From contig CM097888.1 of the NCBI GenBank assembly GCA_044892525.1, positions 49,476,001-49,540,000 of the forward strand: a stretch of 64,000 bases of DNA, in the 5' to 3' direction. The notes under the pieces were generated by a model. The model did no database searches and was not told where the DNA came from. It saw nothing but the letters and a program-made list of their open reading frames with translations. The position numbers were made by a program, and so were the translations under genes. This document shows, one piece after another, positions 11,731-24,934 of the stretch (its first letter is position 1; each line of letters begins with the position of its first letter). Origin of the DNA: Schmidtea polychroa (taxonomy: Eukaryota).

Positions 11731-13455
11731 AATGAAGTGAAAATTATGCAAAAATGAGGGAAGCTGAAATTGTTGATTTTAAGGGGGCAAATACAGAGAC
11801 AAAATCAGCTATACAAATGTCAATTGTTTTAGTCATTATAAGCACTTTCAGACTTTATTTTGCATCTTTTATTGAAAAGTAAGTACTTTTATTTTTATTG
11901 TAATGTCATTAATGTTTTAGGTTAATTAAATTTTTCTGATACCAAAATATTTTATGTTTTAATCAATGATATATTATACAATCGGAATGTCGGGTAGTTT
12001 AACTGTCATTTGCCGTTAATTTGGAAGACTCATGTATCGATGTGTTGACCTAGAAATGGTAGCTGGTGGAGCACCTTAACACTCTGAATAAGTCTACTTC
12101 CGTTATGGTCTCGCATCACAATATAACGCTCTCAATAAGCTGATCATAAAATTGAATAACAAGATTAGGATTTCGCGCCAAGCTTTTAGTTTGAACGTGA
12201 TATCCACGATCTTGAATACACTGAGAGTCTACTTGATGGAAGTCCGGTAAGTAAGATCAAGTAGACAAACAAAAAGTAAACAAAAAGCAGTTGATGCTTT
12301 TTAAATCATATCTAATTTTAAAACTTGAAATCTCGGTTTTGAGTTCATTACCCGAAGTATTTGAGTATCTTCGCATAAAACGTTTTACCCTTTAGTTATA
12401 TCATGTAGTCACCTCATATTTCCTTGCTGTTATTATCATTTAAACTAACCATCGAAACTACCAGTACTAAGGAGATAGATGGCACTGGGTATATAATTAG
12501 TACTGATCTTTCTTACATCACTTGAATTAATATAAATTCTTTCTCATAAATTAGCGAGCTCGATCGTTTACGATAGCAAGCGTGTTAAAATATCGATGTT
12601 ATTCCGACAAAACAATGCGATCGATATTGGCAAGAGGAATTATGTGGGTGTTCGATCCATGAGAGAAATGATTTAATGAAAATTAGAAATCATGAAATTA
12701 AATGTTTATTCCTTGCTAATAATAAACACATGCATGAAACTTTAAAACTGCACAATATTTTTATACTATTTCTTATAGTTTATATCTTCTTATAGTTTAT
12801 ATTTCTTATAGTTTACTCACTAAAATTATTGGAAACATTTCATTTCGTCAGATTTTCTTGCAAAAGTGACAAAGATCTTATCGGTCCGGTTAAGCATATT
12901 AATACATTTTCACAAAGGCATATGGAATGAGTATAAACAAGGGTTTTGTCAGATTCGATCAAGTTAAGTTTAGGATCTTGGTTGATGTATAACCCACACT
13001 CTGTTTATATTTTGTATTCAAACGTGACCATGCTTTTATAGTTTTATATTATGGCTATTAAGAAGTTATGTTATTTCTCCTGTGAATTTGGTTTTATTTG
13101 TGACGAGTACATGGTTAAAAGTCATCAAAGAAACATTAGTGATTTCTTGGCGAAAGTGTAATTAGCTTACTTCAAGTTGAAACTTGGGAAATAAGGCCTG
13201 CAAAAGATGTAGGGAAGACTATAGTTTGTAGTTTAAGGATAAAACAGTTTCGGCATTCGTATGATATCACGTAAACAGTGAAAGTCAGTGGAGACTGCTA
13301 TTTTGTTCGGTAGATGTAAAAGGTTTCAATACCAAAAAAAAATAAAATATCTTATCCAAACCTTAATTGGGCTATTCATCCATTTTCACATAGATCTGAA
13401 ATACCGATTCCCCATTGTTGTCTTTTTTGGAACTCATCATTTAGTCAATAGAAAT

Positions 13456-14690
13456 AAGACATTTTTTTGAATTTCTAAATCTTTATTTTTATTTCATTTA
13501 AATAATTTGATTACTATAAATACTTCTAGCATTTATAATAATTATTTAATTGATTTGGCTAAATAGCTCTCCGCCGAGTTCATGAAGTGACTTATGAGAT
13601 TCTTGGAGATGGACTGCTTTGAGTTTGTCTACCGATACTCGTAAAGTGGTCGTTGGTAATTGAATTTCAAATGTTTTAAAATCTGAACTTCGGCTAATTA
13701 CCCTGTATGGTCCGTCATATGCAGGCTTGATGGCGGTTCTTGATTCGCCACACGTGAGTAGATTCCTTCAGCTCGCTTCGTAGGAATGGTTTCCAATTTT
13801 GATTTCTTTTACTTTTGATTATGATATCACCAGGTAGCCGTCTACCAGTTCCAAAAACACTTTGACTTGGTGATACATTGGTTTCTTCGGAGATAACATT
13901 GCGAATTGATGGAAGTTCATTTGCCGAACTTCTGGAGAGGCTGCTTTAAAAGTTCTATGGAACCTTTCAACTTTGCCATTACATTGTGGATGATATGGTG
14001 TGGTGTTTCTGTGATCAGCATTGAATTTTTGATACATCTCTCTGAATGTAACCGAGATAAACTGCTTGCCGTTGTCAATGATGATGATTTCTGGAACTCC
14101 ACAGCGGCATATGCACTCTGTCTCCAGGGTTCTCGATATTATTTTGCTTTTTATTTCAGAGATCCGGATGGCCTCCGACGAGGAAGTGTATATGTCAATA
14201 ATAGTAATAATGGTCATGATGAAATTGCTTGAATCTTGTCTGATTGTGGTGATATTCCTGAACATAAATAAAAATCCAAGGAATTTTACTTCTGTTTGAG
14301 TTGTGCAACACTTATTTTCATTGATGGGCAAATTTGCGTCTTGCAAGACTTTCCGAATGACTGATAAGTGACCACGATGTTCTTCTCTAGACTCTGAGAA
14401 GATGATTATATCATCTATGTATGCTCTGTCAAATTCTCTGTACGGGCGCAGAAGTTTATCCATTAACCGTTTAAAGGTAAAATGAAAAATAAATGAAAAT
14501 TAAACAACAATTCGATAGAAAATGTAAAATTATGAAACTTGTAAAATTGGTCCCGGATAACCCTATAGTATCTTAGACATTTTTTGAATTTATAAATCTT
14601 TATTTTTATTTCATATTTAAACAAAGTTTAAATCATTTGATTATTATAAATATTTATAGTATTTATAATAATTATTTAATTAATTTGGCT
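13456..14690. repeat. AT-rich direct repeats (~105-115 bp) bracketing the Gypsy remnant (~13456-13560 and ~14575-14690)
   Basis: Both read AGACATTTTTTTGAATTT(C/A)TAAATCTTTATTTTTATTTCAT...TAATTTGGCTA-like, with indels. No TG...CA ends. Confidence 0.75.
13548..14463 (-). pseudogene. Internally deleted Ty3/Gypsy pol remnant (RT palm fused to integrase core, plus integrase C-terminus)
   Basis: ORF 13819-14463 has RAYIDDIIIFS (RT YxDD) followed by GVPEIIIIDNGKQF and TTPYHPQCNGKVERFHRTFK (integrase). At 13548-13740 another frame reads RTAIKPAYDGPYRVI...LRVSVDKLK (GPY/F module). RNase H is absent. Confidence 0.88.
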
Positions 14691-14739
14691 ACACCCATAC
14701 CGTCACAGGATGAATCTAGTTCAAATATTTTTGTCGATG

Positions 14740-15460
14740 AGAAATCACAAATTTTTTTCTCAAAGTGACCTCGATACTTGGTTAGAAATTTAGGTCTATC
14801 AAAAGGTGTTGCCGAAATGCTGGGGTCGATTAAGAAATAAAAACCTGCTATTACCAGGAACCTCATTTATTCGGCACAGGCACTACTAAAGAGAATTCAC
14901 TACATTTTTCAGTGGATGGTTTGTGGAGACCTCAAAATAATAACCACGATGTTGGGCCATTACGTAGACTAATCAAAATATTTCTGCTTTCTTTACTAAT
15001 GGGAACATTGAGCCAGAGATTTCCATTGGCTGAATAACCACTTTGAGACGATTTAACCCGCGGAGAAAATAACATTAATAATACGACCTTGGTTCCTCCT
15101 GAAAGGGTTTTTTTACAACCTCTTTATATTAAATTGGGGCTTATGAAGCAGTTCTGAAACTATGAGAGAAAAAGAAGTGTGGTAATCTTTCAAAAACATA
15201 CTGCATAAATTTTAGGGTCATACTAAAGAGCCTTGCTATAAAATTATTGTTCCACGCATAATGGCTGTGTATAAAGCTCAAGGGAACAAGATGAGCTTAT
15301 GAGTTCATTTCTTGTATACCCATATTAATTATTATCTCAAAAACCTGAGAGCTGTAAGATTTCACCAACAAGTACATGATTTCGAGATGAGCTACCAAGG
15401 AAAATGAAGCATTAATATGTTACCTGACTATTGTTGCATGCTGAAGCGGGAAACAGAGAA
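14740..15460 (+). pseudogene. Decayed CMC/Chapaev3-like transposase
   Basis: Manual translation gives CGDLKIITTMLG, GENNINNTTLVPPERVFLQPLYIKLGLMKQF* and FHQQVHDFEMSYQGK*SINMLPDYCCMLKRE. These match the LHIKLGLMK and ERFHQ...RYQG...MLxDYCW motifs I recall for Chapaev3. Many stops and deletions. Confidence 0.65.
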
Positions 15461-15529
15461 CGGAAAGCGGAGAATTATCAAAGAAAACAAAAAGGGTTTC
15501 ATAAGTAAAAAGAATGAATAAGGAATTTT

Positions 15530-15777
15530 GGTGACCGGACAAAATGGCACCGAACCAAATGTCGTGGTCAAAATGTCATGGTATCAATGTTGTGGAAGCG
15601 GATTAAAGGACGAGGTGGAGAGTAATAATAAAAATATACCATTGCGACATGTTTAGTGTGACCAGTACCCTTGCGACCAATACCCATAGGAGGACAAAAA
15701 AACTGATTATATATAATAATAATATTATGTTACATTTTGTCCACGACATTTTGACCGTGAAATTTTGTCATAGTACC
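15530..15777. mobile_element. MITE with GGT...ACC ends and CAAAATGTCGTGG subterminal repeats
   Basis: Left GGTGACCGGACAAAATG...CAAAATGTCGTGG motifs are inverted relative to the right-end CCACGACATTTTG motifs. The 8-bp flanks GGAATTTT / GGGATTTT match 7/8. A related right end CATTTTGTCCGGCCACC lies at ~18160-18178. Superfamily uncertain. Confidence 0.6.
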
Positions 15778-17439
15778 GGGATTTTAAGTACTTTTATTGT
15801 GAAAATTACTAATAAATCGAAACACTTTTCACACAAACCTATACAAGATGAAGTGAAATGGAGATCATTTTGGATTCAGCATAATAGAGCACCGTGGCAT
15901 ACAAATGATATGATGACTCATCCTAACCAGGTAATCAAATACATCGACACCGGAAGTATTTTGCAGTGCAGTGAGCGAGCTGCGCACCTCGACAGATAAA
16001 AAATCACAAGTGTATCGCAAACCGGAACGTGCTGCTTTCTGAAGGCTCAATAAGAACTGAAAGGATGTTTTAGTGACCTTCCTTTGGTTTTGAGAATTAT
16101 TAAATCACGGTTTATTTCTTTGCTATTCTTTTGATAACAACAATCTTTTGTGTTATCATTTAGCTACGTTGTGGAGTGCCATGATTTGAAGTGTTTGTTT
16201 AATCGAGCATACAATGGCGGAAATGCTGGTGCGCCAGCTTCAGATACTCAAATTAAAGCTCCAGTTTCGTCAAATTGTAACCAAAAGGCGTAAGGACGGT
16301 TAAGAAATTAAAATTAATTTTTAATAACTCCAGGGGACAGCTAGCTATCTTTGTTATTTTCAATATAAATCTGATTGATTTCCGGAAATTTCGTCGCATA
16401 ATTTGGCAAGTTTATAGTTGATTTTTATTTAATTTATTTTGATTCATTTATTAACAGTATTTTTTTATTAATTCAAAATATTATCTTTTCCGGAAAATGG
16501 TTTTATTTTCCACAATTTTAATATTAAATTTGTTTTTCTTGTCTTAAATGCAGGCCCCCAAATAATTTATCTTTATAAATATATAGTGTTGTGATGACAC
16601 TTCATAAAATCAATCGGAGAAGACTATTTAAAGTTTCATGCTTAGTAGTGTGGGGTGTGGTTCTGGTATTTTCTCACCTACTGATATAAAATGCAGTAAA
16701 CAATCATTAAATAATAATTGATATAATTATTCAGACCATTTGGGGATTTATTTTATTGTATTTTGTGATTTCATTAATTATTTTTTGTTCTATCTTTCAA
16801 ATAATAATAGAAAATTTCATCTTTTGACCATTTTAATAAAAGGTATGCAAACAATATGAAAGTTTTAAAACAAAAGAAATGTTCCATTTATAATACATAG
16901 AAATCATACTAGTAGTAACTGTCGTGGTCGTAATCTTTAGTATTGTAATTTAGCATTGGTCGTACTGGATCCTCAGTTGCATTAGTAGTCGACGGAATCA
17001 TTATCACGTGGAGTAAGTTAGTAACCAGTTTGGTCAGTTAGCAACTGGTGTGACTATTATGTAATGGGTACGCTTGCGATCAGCTAGCAACTGTTTGTGT
17101 CAGCACATGTAATGACCTAACCGATATTACGTAATATCAATACCATCCCTTTTTGTTTCTGATGAGCTAACATCCTCCTACTCACAACTCAACCTTAAAG
17201 AGGAGTTCAGTGCAATTAATTAAATTGTCAACTGAGACGACCCACATAACACGTAAAACGCACAAAGAATATTTAAAACTATTATGAAACACTGAATAAA
17301 ACAGAAGTAAAAATAAATAAAACAAAGTAGGGTTACAATATCCGGATGTGAACAGTACTCGAACTCGACCTTTGGAAGGAGTTTAGTGCAGTAAATTTCA
17401 ATTGTAGATTATAGTTTTAAACTCTGCGAATCTGAATGG

Positions 17440-17645
17440 AATCTGATTGAAAAATTAGAAGGTAACAGAAGAAATTCAATAAAAACAATCAATTAAATAA
17501 AAGAAGGTCATTCTTACCTAACAAGTACAAGCGCAAAAGAAACAAAGCAAAGAAGAAATTTAAATTACCTTATTATCTCGATGGCCTATTCGAGATAAGA
17601 GGAAAAAGAACATGGGTAATTCTTGAGATGAGATCGTCAAAAAGT
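17440..17645 (+). repeat. Dispersed repeat; second copy at ~26790-26972
   Basis: Shared TTAAATT...TTATTATCTCGATG...CATGGGTAAT(T/G)CTTGAGATGAGATCGTCAAAAA. Confidence 0.75.
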
Positions 17646-18357
17646 ACATATATCAACAGCTGTCAGCGATTACGGATTGCCCAATGGAACAGATAAAAAA
17701 AGAAATACATTACAAATAAGTTCCATTAGTTGGCAAGATATAAAAACTGGACACAAACTAGGAGAGGCGAGAAAAAAATTTTCGTCGTAAGAAATGTGCT
17801 AGGAGAATTAATAAATCTGAAGTGGTTGAGAAACACAAATCAAGTTAAAGATTATAATTTTAAACTCTGAGAATCTGAATAGGATTATAATAATCAAAAC
17901 CGGCAGGGAATTTTATTAACAACTAACCCCACAATATCTGAAACTGCAAACTAGGATTTGTGGAGTTCTCTAGTATTCCAGAGGTTCTATTAAAACAATT
18001 TTTCGTTTGACTAATTCAAAGTCCATGTGAACATGTAGTGTGGTAATTATCTAAATAATTTAGATAATGAAGAAATATTAAGAATAAATATTAAGATCTG
18101 ATAATCACCAAAATCAACTCATTTTATCCACAACATTTATACCATGACATTATTTTCGCGACATTTTGTCCGGCCACCTCATAATGAGTTCAATATAATA
18201 ATTCTTAGTTTTACTTTTGTATTGTTAATTTATCATACAATTGACTTTTCAAATTTCAATTGTCAACTCAATACCCTGGTCATTTAATTATTGTTGTCAT
18301 TATCAATGTTATTGCAGACATTTACCAGTTTTCCACTCAAGATATTATCATCAATGC

Positions 18358-18579
18358 NNNNNNNNNNNNNNNNNNNNNNNNNNNNNNNNNNNNNNNNNNN
18401 NNNNNNNNNNNNNNNNNNNNNNNNNNNNNNNNNNNNNNNNNNNNNNNNNNNNNNNNNNNNNNNNNNNNNNNNNNNNNNNNNNNNNNNNNNNNNNNNNNNN
18501 NNNNNNNNNNNNNNNNNNNNNNNNNNNNNNNNNNNNNNNNNNNNNNNNNNNNNNNNNNNNNNNNNNNNNNNNNNNNNNN
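18358..18579. other. Assembly gap (N run)
   Basis: Run of n. Confidence 1.
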
Positions 18580-18682
18580 GGCTATTAATTTTAGTATTAT
18601 TATTGATTTTTATAAATAGGGTTATTACTATTTCTAAGTTTACTACTCGTATAGATAATTTAAGCTTTGATGATACTGTAAT

Positions 18683-18814
18683 TGTCGCTTTCAAAGTTCG
18701 ATGGAACCTTTCAATTTTTACTGTTGGATTGAGGATGTTAGGCTGTCGTTCTGAAACTCTGTCTATCTGAATCAATTTCACTTTGTATTCCAAATCTTGA
18801 TATTCACATATCAA
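18683..18814 (-). pseudogene. Gypsy-type integrase fragment next to the gap
   Basis: Frame reads PNILNPTVKIERFHRTLKATI, similar to the NGKVERFHRTFK at ~13950. Confidence 0.6.
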
Positions 18815-19105
18815 GTAATGCTCGTTATTAAATTGAAATTTGAAATTTGTTCTTTACACTTTTATACTTATATTAATTTAGTTGGTTTAGTAATGAGTAT
18901 CATGTTATGAGGGGTCTGATATTCAATCTTATTATGATATGCCTTGAAATATAGATATAGTTTCTGAATTACTTAAAAACTTTAGTCGACCCTCCAGAAT
19001 TTCAGATGGATGACAAGTAAAGAGTAGTCTTGGCAACGAAGGTCGCCTGTCCACTTACACCCAGACACTATACAGTACCAACGTAGTCTATCATCATGGG
19101 CAAAC

Positions 19106-19165
19106 AGGGTTAGGGTTAGGGTTAGGGTCAGTACTTAACCATAACCCTAACCTAACCCCAACCCC
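19106..19165. repeat. Interstitial telomere-like repeats in head-to-head arrangement
   Basis: AGGG(TTAGGG)3 at 19106-19127, a 9-nt spacer, then the degenerate C-strand AACCATAACCCTAACCTAACCCCAACCCC. Confidence 0.85.
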
Positions 19166-21246
19166 AACAAACATTCACCTATAAATTTATTGAGATATGT
19201 CTTTGTTAACTTTACCTGTTTCATGAATGAGACAATGACTTCAAATACTTTAATATTCATTCAATCATATCACATTAATAATTATCCAAGTAATGAAAAT
19301 ATAACTCGTCTATCTCGAACTAATTCTCACAAACATTTAATTTTGTTAGCTACAACTGCAGTTACCTCTAATCTTTCCAATGAAGATAATCTCTTGCCAG
19401 TCAAAGAGACTAACTACTACAAACCGGTTAAAATGGCAAAATCCATCAAGACCGCCGAACAGCCTACAAAGTTAACAAAAGAAAAACATTTAAGTACAAA
19501 AATTAATAAAAAATACAAAAGAAGCAACAAAAAACTTACCAAAAATAAGAATTTATATTGAAAACTAGCACAAAACATCATGGAATGTTCTGGAAACGTC
19601 CATATCCATCATGGTACCAAATCTAATGAAAAATAAATCAAACATAAAAATTAGAAAATAGAATTAGTACTGTTTGAGTTAAGCGCGATAAAATCAATAG
19701 CCACAAGGCTAATCTGTAAATAAGTGCTAAACTGGATATTTAGATTAGGATAATTCTATATATAAATAAATAATTATTATAAATATAATTATTATAAAAA
19801 ATAGCATAAATTAATTGCCATAAATAAGATAAATATTAAATATAGCAATATATATTGTACATTATATAAAAATGGAAATTGTTAATAGTGCAAATTGAAA
19901 TATTATAAATAGAATATTAATAGTCAGTTGGGAAAATAATAATCACGCTTCAATCATTATTGATTAGAAAAGCAATAGATTAATTTTCAGATCTGACTAG
20001 CGAAGCAAGAGATAAAACAAATTAGGATTAAAATCAATAAAACCAGCCGTGATCAGCATTAATAGTTTTGGAAAACTCTCCAACGAGAAAGAATACCAGC
20101 TGCGACCAGAATTCAGTAACAAACAGGTGTCGAGCCATTTAGTATATAAGAAATAGTCTTAAACCATAAAGGTAGAGTTAATACATTATCTAAAAAAAAT
20201 TCGTATAGAAAATTCATTGAGAATAACCATAAGGTTAATTAATCTATCTACTTTTTGATAGTAAAATAAATTAAAGCACATCCGAACACAAACATCAGCA
20301 TTTCGGCCTGATTTGTCTGCTGTGATTTAAACTATTAGAAGTGATAAATCTAGTTAACGATAGAACTCTCTAATTCTATTCGATCATGTAAAATTCGGTA
20401 CTCGCCATCCATCTTAGTCATATCTTGATATACATCGCTGTGAGGCAGCTAGATTCAACATGTGTTCTTTTCTAAGGACGGTTAGAATAACCGATTTCTT
20501 TACTTGAGTAACAGCGGCATTTTTTTGGGAAATTCATTTTACAAATTGTAAAAAGCTTTGTGCATAATAAATATAACTTTAAATTAATAATCGTCTTACC
20601 TTAGTTAAATCATATCATTTATCTATACATCTATCTAGAAGCTGTGTTAGAATATCTTAGTCCACCAGATCAATCCTAGCAGTACTAATTTACAAAAAAT
20701 CGCCATTTAAATTGACAAAAATTAAGATTTAAAATTAACTAGTATTAAAATAATTCGAATTTGTTCTCGCAAACCAAAATTAGGGTGCATTTCGTTTCGG
20801 CAACAAATCACTCTTTTAAGCCAAAAACTTCACTTATATTTTGAAAAATTATTAAGAACGATCATGTTTTGTATAATTTTACTCATAGTGCATTTTGTGT
20901 TCATTTATTGGTTTTTAGTAGATGGATGTGTACCCTCAAGACCACCTGCCCCCGTTACAAAAATGTTTTTAAATTTTTCAAGGTTAAATTTTAATTAGAC
21001 GTGACTCATCAATAAAATATTATTATTTTTAAAATATTATTAAGTGGTCTAGCGGGCACATACTTTTTTTCATCCAAATTTTCAAGGTTAAATTTTGAAA
21101 TTTAAATTTTCAGAGTTCCCGCCAATGAATCTTTTGAATCATAGCTCATTCGAAAGAGGTGGATGGTCAAAATCCAAAAATAATATTTTAAATTAAAGAC
21201 ATGTCGAAAGATGACCAAATTATTGGTGTTTAGATAGAGGTGTAAG

Positions 21247-21504
21247 CAGTGGTGAGCTATGCATGTCCCGCGGGGGCTCGGCAGAGCCCCTTGTTAACTT
21301 TTTAAAAATTTTGCTAGCCCCTTGTTGTTCTTTCAACTGTAACTTTGCGCTTCACTTTCAAATTAAAATTTCTATTGTTTTAACGTAAAATGTAGAACGT
21401 TTTTTTTCGTAAAATCAAAAAATAATTTTCTGGACTCTTTTATATTTTACTAAAAAAGCAAATTCGTTTTCACAGCTTACCACTGTTTTCACAACTTACC
21501 ACTG
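21247..21504. mobile_element. hAT-like MITE, 258 bp, with duplicated right terminus
   Basis: Left CAGTGGTGAGCT; right ends (AG/AA)CTTACCACTG finish at 21485 and again at 21504. Perfect 8-bp TSD GGTGTAAG (21239-21246, 21505-21512). Confidence 0.9.
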
Positions 21505-22866
21505 GGTGTAAGTGATCTACAATATGATGTTACTTAGACTTTTGAAGGTTCAACCATGGTTACAATTTCTATTATCACATTTTGAAAATGCTAATTCGAT
21601 TGGCTATATCTATTGTTATAAATGTTAAAACAAAAGTAATTTAGTTATTAAGAAATTTATTTATTACTGATGATTTCTACAAAACTGTTGAATATGATTG
21701 TGGCAGTTTAAATCACAAAACCCATTTGGTAACGTTAATATTTTGTTAATTTTTTCTATATATGAATTTTATAGCAAGGAAGTCCACCTAAAAATAAGGA
21801 AAATGAAAAATTAGTAAAAGTTAAACTAAATCAAATCTATTCCGAGGATAAGTGTATCCATATCGAGTTTTTAACAACACAAGCGAAGATTTTATAAGTA
21901 ATCATGATACTCACACTGATATGGAAATCATAAATATTTAAAAAATTTTCAAACTCTATTGAATATTTGATTGCTTTATTTAATTATGATAAATGCATTT
22001 TGAAGTTATCTAGTTATTTAATGTATTTAGACAAAACAGGGGTAAACAACGATTCACTGAATGAATAATTTTGGAGTTGCATGGATTTAAGGTAGAAACC
22101 TGGATATAGTAGATAGATTTATGAATGGATAGTGAAAGCCGATTTGATTAAAAATAAGCTAACGGAAAAACTGAACGATGTTAAGAAAAGGTTGTTATAA
22201 AACTATAACCCTGGGCAAAAGTTCGTTTTCCAGGCCTAGGCTTTTAAAAAGGCTTTTAAATTTGTAAAGAAAATCAAGTTTCGGTTTTGCTTTTACTGTG
22301 TGGTCACGTAATTGTTTGTTTTAAGTGTCACGAGAAGAATGTTCGAAATTGTTAAGCTTGTTCAACACTGATTAATAAGTATCATACTATATACGTGTAA
22401 GTTCTCAATACTTCTATATATATATATATCAATATTATACCAAAATCAAATGAATTATTACCATACATAATGACAGTCCTATGACGGAGAAAACTTTCAA
22501 ACATCGAATAGTATTATATATGAAATCATCTCGGTAATTGTAAGATCTGTCTTTATACCATACTTGGATTCAATCATATCATCGTTGGAGACCAGACTAA
22601 TGAAAATAACAAAATCAATTTCAGTCTTATTTCACTTCACCTAGTGGAAATGTTGAAACTTTGAAAAGATGAATTCAAAACTCACACAGAAAACATCATA
22701 ATGGAGTATCAAATTGAAAATTTTGACGCTGAGACAAATACTTGGTTTGAGATGTGGTCAAATAAAAAGTCGGATTTTGAAATCAAGTCGCAATGGAATG
22801 ATGGATTTATTACAATTTACAGACCTTTTTCCAGCTATTAAGAAAGCAGTTCTTGTTGCTCTAAGA

Positions 22867-23459
22867 CAGGAGTGGCCAACCGGCGGCCCGCATGCTTTAA
22901 TATTTTGAAAATATAATAAAAACTTTTTAAAATACGATATAATACAAAAAATGTAATAAATGCAACACAAAGAATATATAGTTAATAATTACAATACAAA
23001 CTATAAAAATTTTTATCAAAAAAACGAAACCTAACCAATAAATTAAAAAGGTAAATTGCATAATTTAATAACTGTGTTACTTTTGTTGATCGTCAATTTA
23101 CGGTGCATATATCATATTGCTTCCAGATAATTAATAATCGTGCAAACTTTGTTTATTTCATATACAGTGTATTTTTGCCCGATTCATTATGCTTTATAAT
23201 CAGGGCTATCAAGTATAAATAGAGCCAGTTTATCCTGTACCTAAGAAGCATAATTTATTTAACATGCACGCAAATGCTTTATTGTTTTTTAGCGGTTGTC
23301 TCAGACCCCACTACGGGCTATTACTGCGCTTCTCCTGTTCCTTAGTTGGAATTAGCACAGAAGCATTAGTTAAAAATTTACGCCTTTCAAACCTGCGGCC
23401 CGCCGCATTATTCAAAAATATTGTAATGGCCCTTTTACCAAAAAGGTTGGCCACCCCTG
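22867..23459. mobile_element. hAT (Buster/Charlie-type) MITE, 593 bp, copy A
   Basis: TIRs CAGGAGTGGCCAACC / GGTTGGCCACCCCTG; perfect TSD CTCTAAGA (22859-22866, 23460-23467). The last 284 bp are near-identical to copy B. Confidence 0.93.
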
Positions 23460-23524
23460 CTCTAAGACGTTAAAAATGAGCAATCAAATAATGAAATCCA
23501 ATGGCGTGAACTCTGAAAATTTGA

Positions 23525-23692
23525 ACATGACTCATGATTTTGAGGATGATCATGAATGAGTCACACGACCTCTAAAATGACCTTGAATTAGTTGCCGGGT
23601 GAGTCATGGTCTATGTTCTAATGACCTTGATGAGTCACTCTTTGTTTTAAATTTGACCTTGAAAATTTTTTTGTAATCCGGGTTATGTGGTC
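23525..23692 (-). repeat. TGAGTCA/ATGACCTTGA motif cluster, same family as 20939-21110 and 37926-38190
   Basis: Repeated ATGACCTTGA and TGAGTCA. 23628-23692 resembles the reverse complement of 20939-21010. Confidence 0.7.
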
Positions 23693-24934
23693 TATTTTTT
23701 ATTATTTCATCATCACCTTAAACCACTGACATGTAGGTTTAAGGAGGATCCTTGTTGTTTAGGATGTTATTTTTATCGACGAGATCCTTCTACCCCTATA
23801 TCTGCCCACAGCCACATACATACAAGATAGCAAAATAATTTATAACCCGGATGTTACTGCGCGTTTACGCGGAGCAGTTTGACCAACCTGCATGTCAGGA
23901 ACTCCGTGGTGACCAGTGCAGACAATGAATATTACTGACTTTGTCTGTGTCAGGTGTAAATATATTAAGTAAATCTGACCGAGGCCACAACATAAAAAAA
24001 TTAAATACTTCTTTCAAATTAAAACTTAATGTAAATTTTTTATCAATTAATATTTTTTTATCTGGAAGTTATTTGAAAGTTTAAATGGAAACTGATATTA
24101 AAGTAAAATGTTTACTTTGTGTCTGAGAACGTGAAAACTAATTATTTGGTTATTATGGTTACATTTATACTTATATATACTGTGATTAGTGAAAATATTT
24201 ATAATTTTTTAAAGAAAATACTTAGAAAGTTAATAAAATCAAAATATTAATTTTATTATGTTAAGTATATGTTTCATAGGGTTCCGTGGAACATAGTTTG
24301 AAGACCGCCGCTATACATCAAACAACATTTAGCACAAAATTCAATTAATTTAAATCTAGCTCTATTCGCAAAAAATCAATTTTCTTAAACGCAAAATTAT
24401 CGCGAAAGTTTATTTTAGATTTTTGCCAATTTGAAAAAAGCATTTTTGTTTGTTCTGGCAAAAATTCTAACTTTGACACTGATAATTGGAGATTTTGTGT
24501 AACATTTAAAAAATTTGCAGTGTCGAAAAATAATTTTCATGAATTTTTTTTATATGGATAATTTAATAGATAATATAATAATTTTTAGGAATCTTGGTAA
24601 TAGAAACGGTTATTGGTTTAATCGCAGGTTTTGGAGTTATATATTTAATATATTTAAAGTTAGAATTATTTTATTGTAATTTTATTTTAAATTTTGATTT
24701 ATTAATAATAATTTGTTTATCATAAGAACTTTTTTTTCAAATTTCAACACTGATTTCTTTTCCATTGATATTGTATTTATTAAAAAGCTTGACAATGAAT
24801 CAATAAATATATCAAAAACATCGATATATTTATTGACTTATAGTAAAGCTTTTTCATAAATATAATAATTTATTTTTTAATAAAATAGGTTATATAAAAT
24901 AAATGGGTATAAAATGTATTAAATAACTCACAAA

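Noticed and set aside
15860-15910. mariner-like motif FWIQHNRAPWH
   Set aside because: A single short motif without the catalytic Asp or supporting context.
17108-17337. Solo LTR (TGTAAT...GTTACA)
   Set aside because: No TSD, PBS or polypurine tract, and no second copy in the window.
18241-18770. ORFs spanning N runs (also 27232-27602 and 38218-38560)
   Set aside because: Open only because the gap is translated as X.
19106-19165. Proof of a chromosome end-to-end fusion
   Set aside because: The arrays are only ~20-30 bp with no subtelomeric context. Kept only as a lower-level finding.
23264-23473. Repeated ORF MHANALLFFSGCLRPHYG (also within 37667-37996)
   Set aside because: Lies in the shared 3' part of two MITE copies. 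The identity reflects the repeat, not a gene family.
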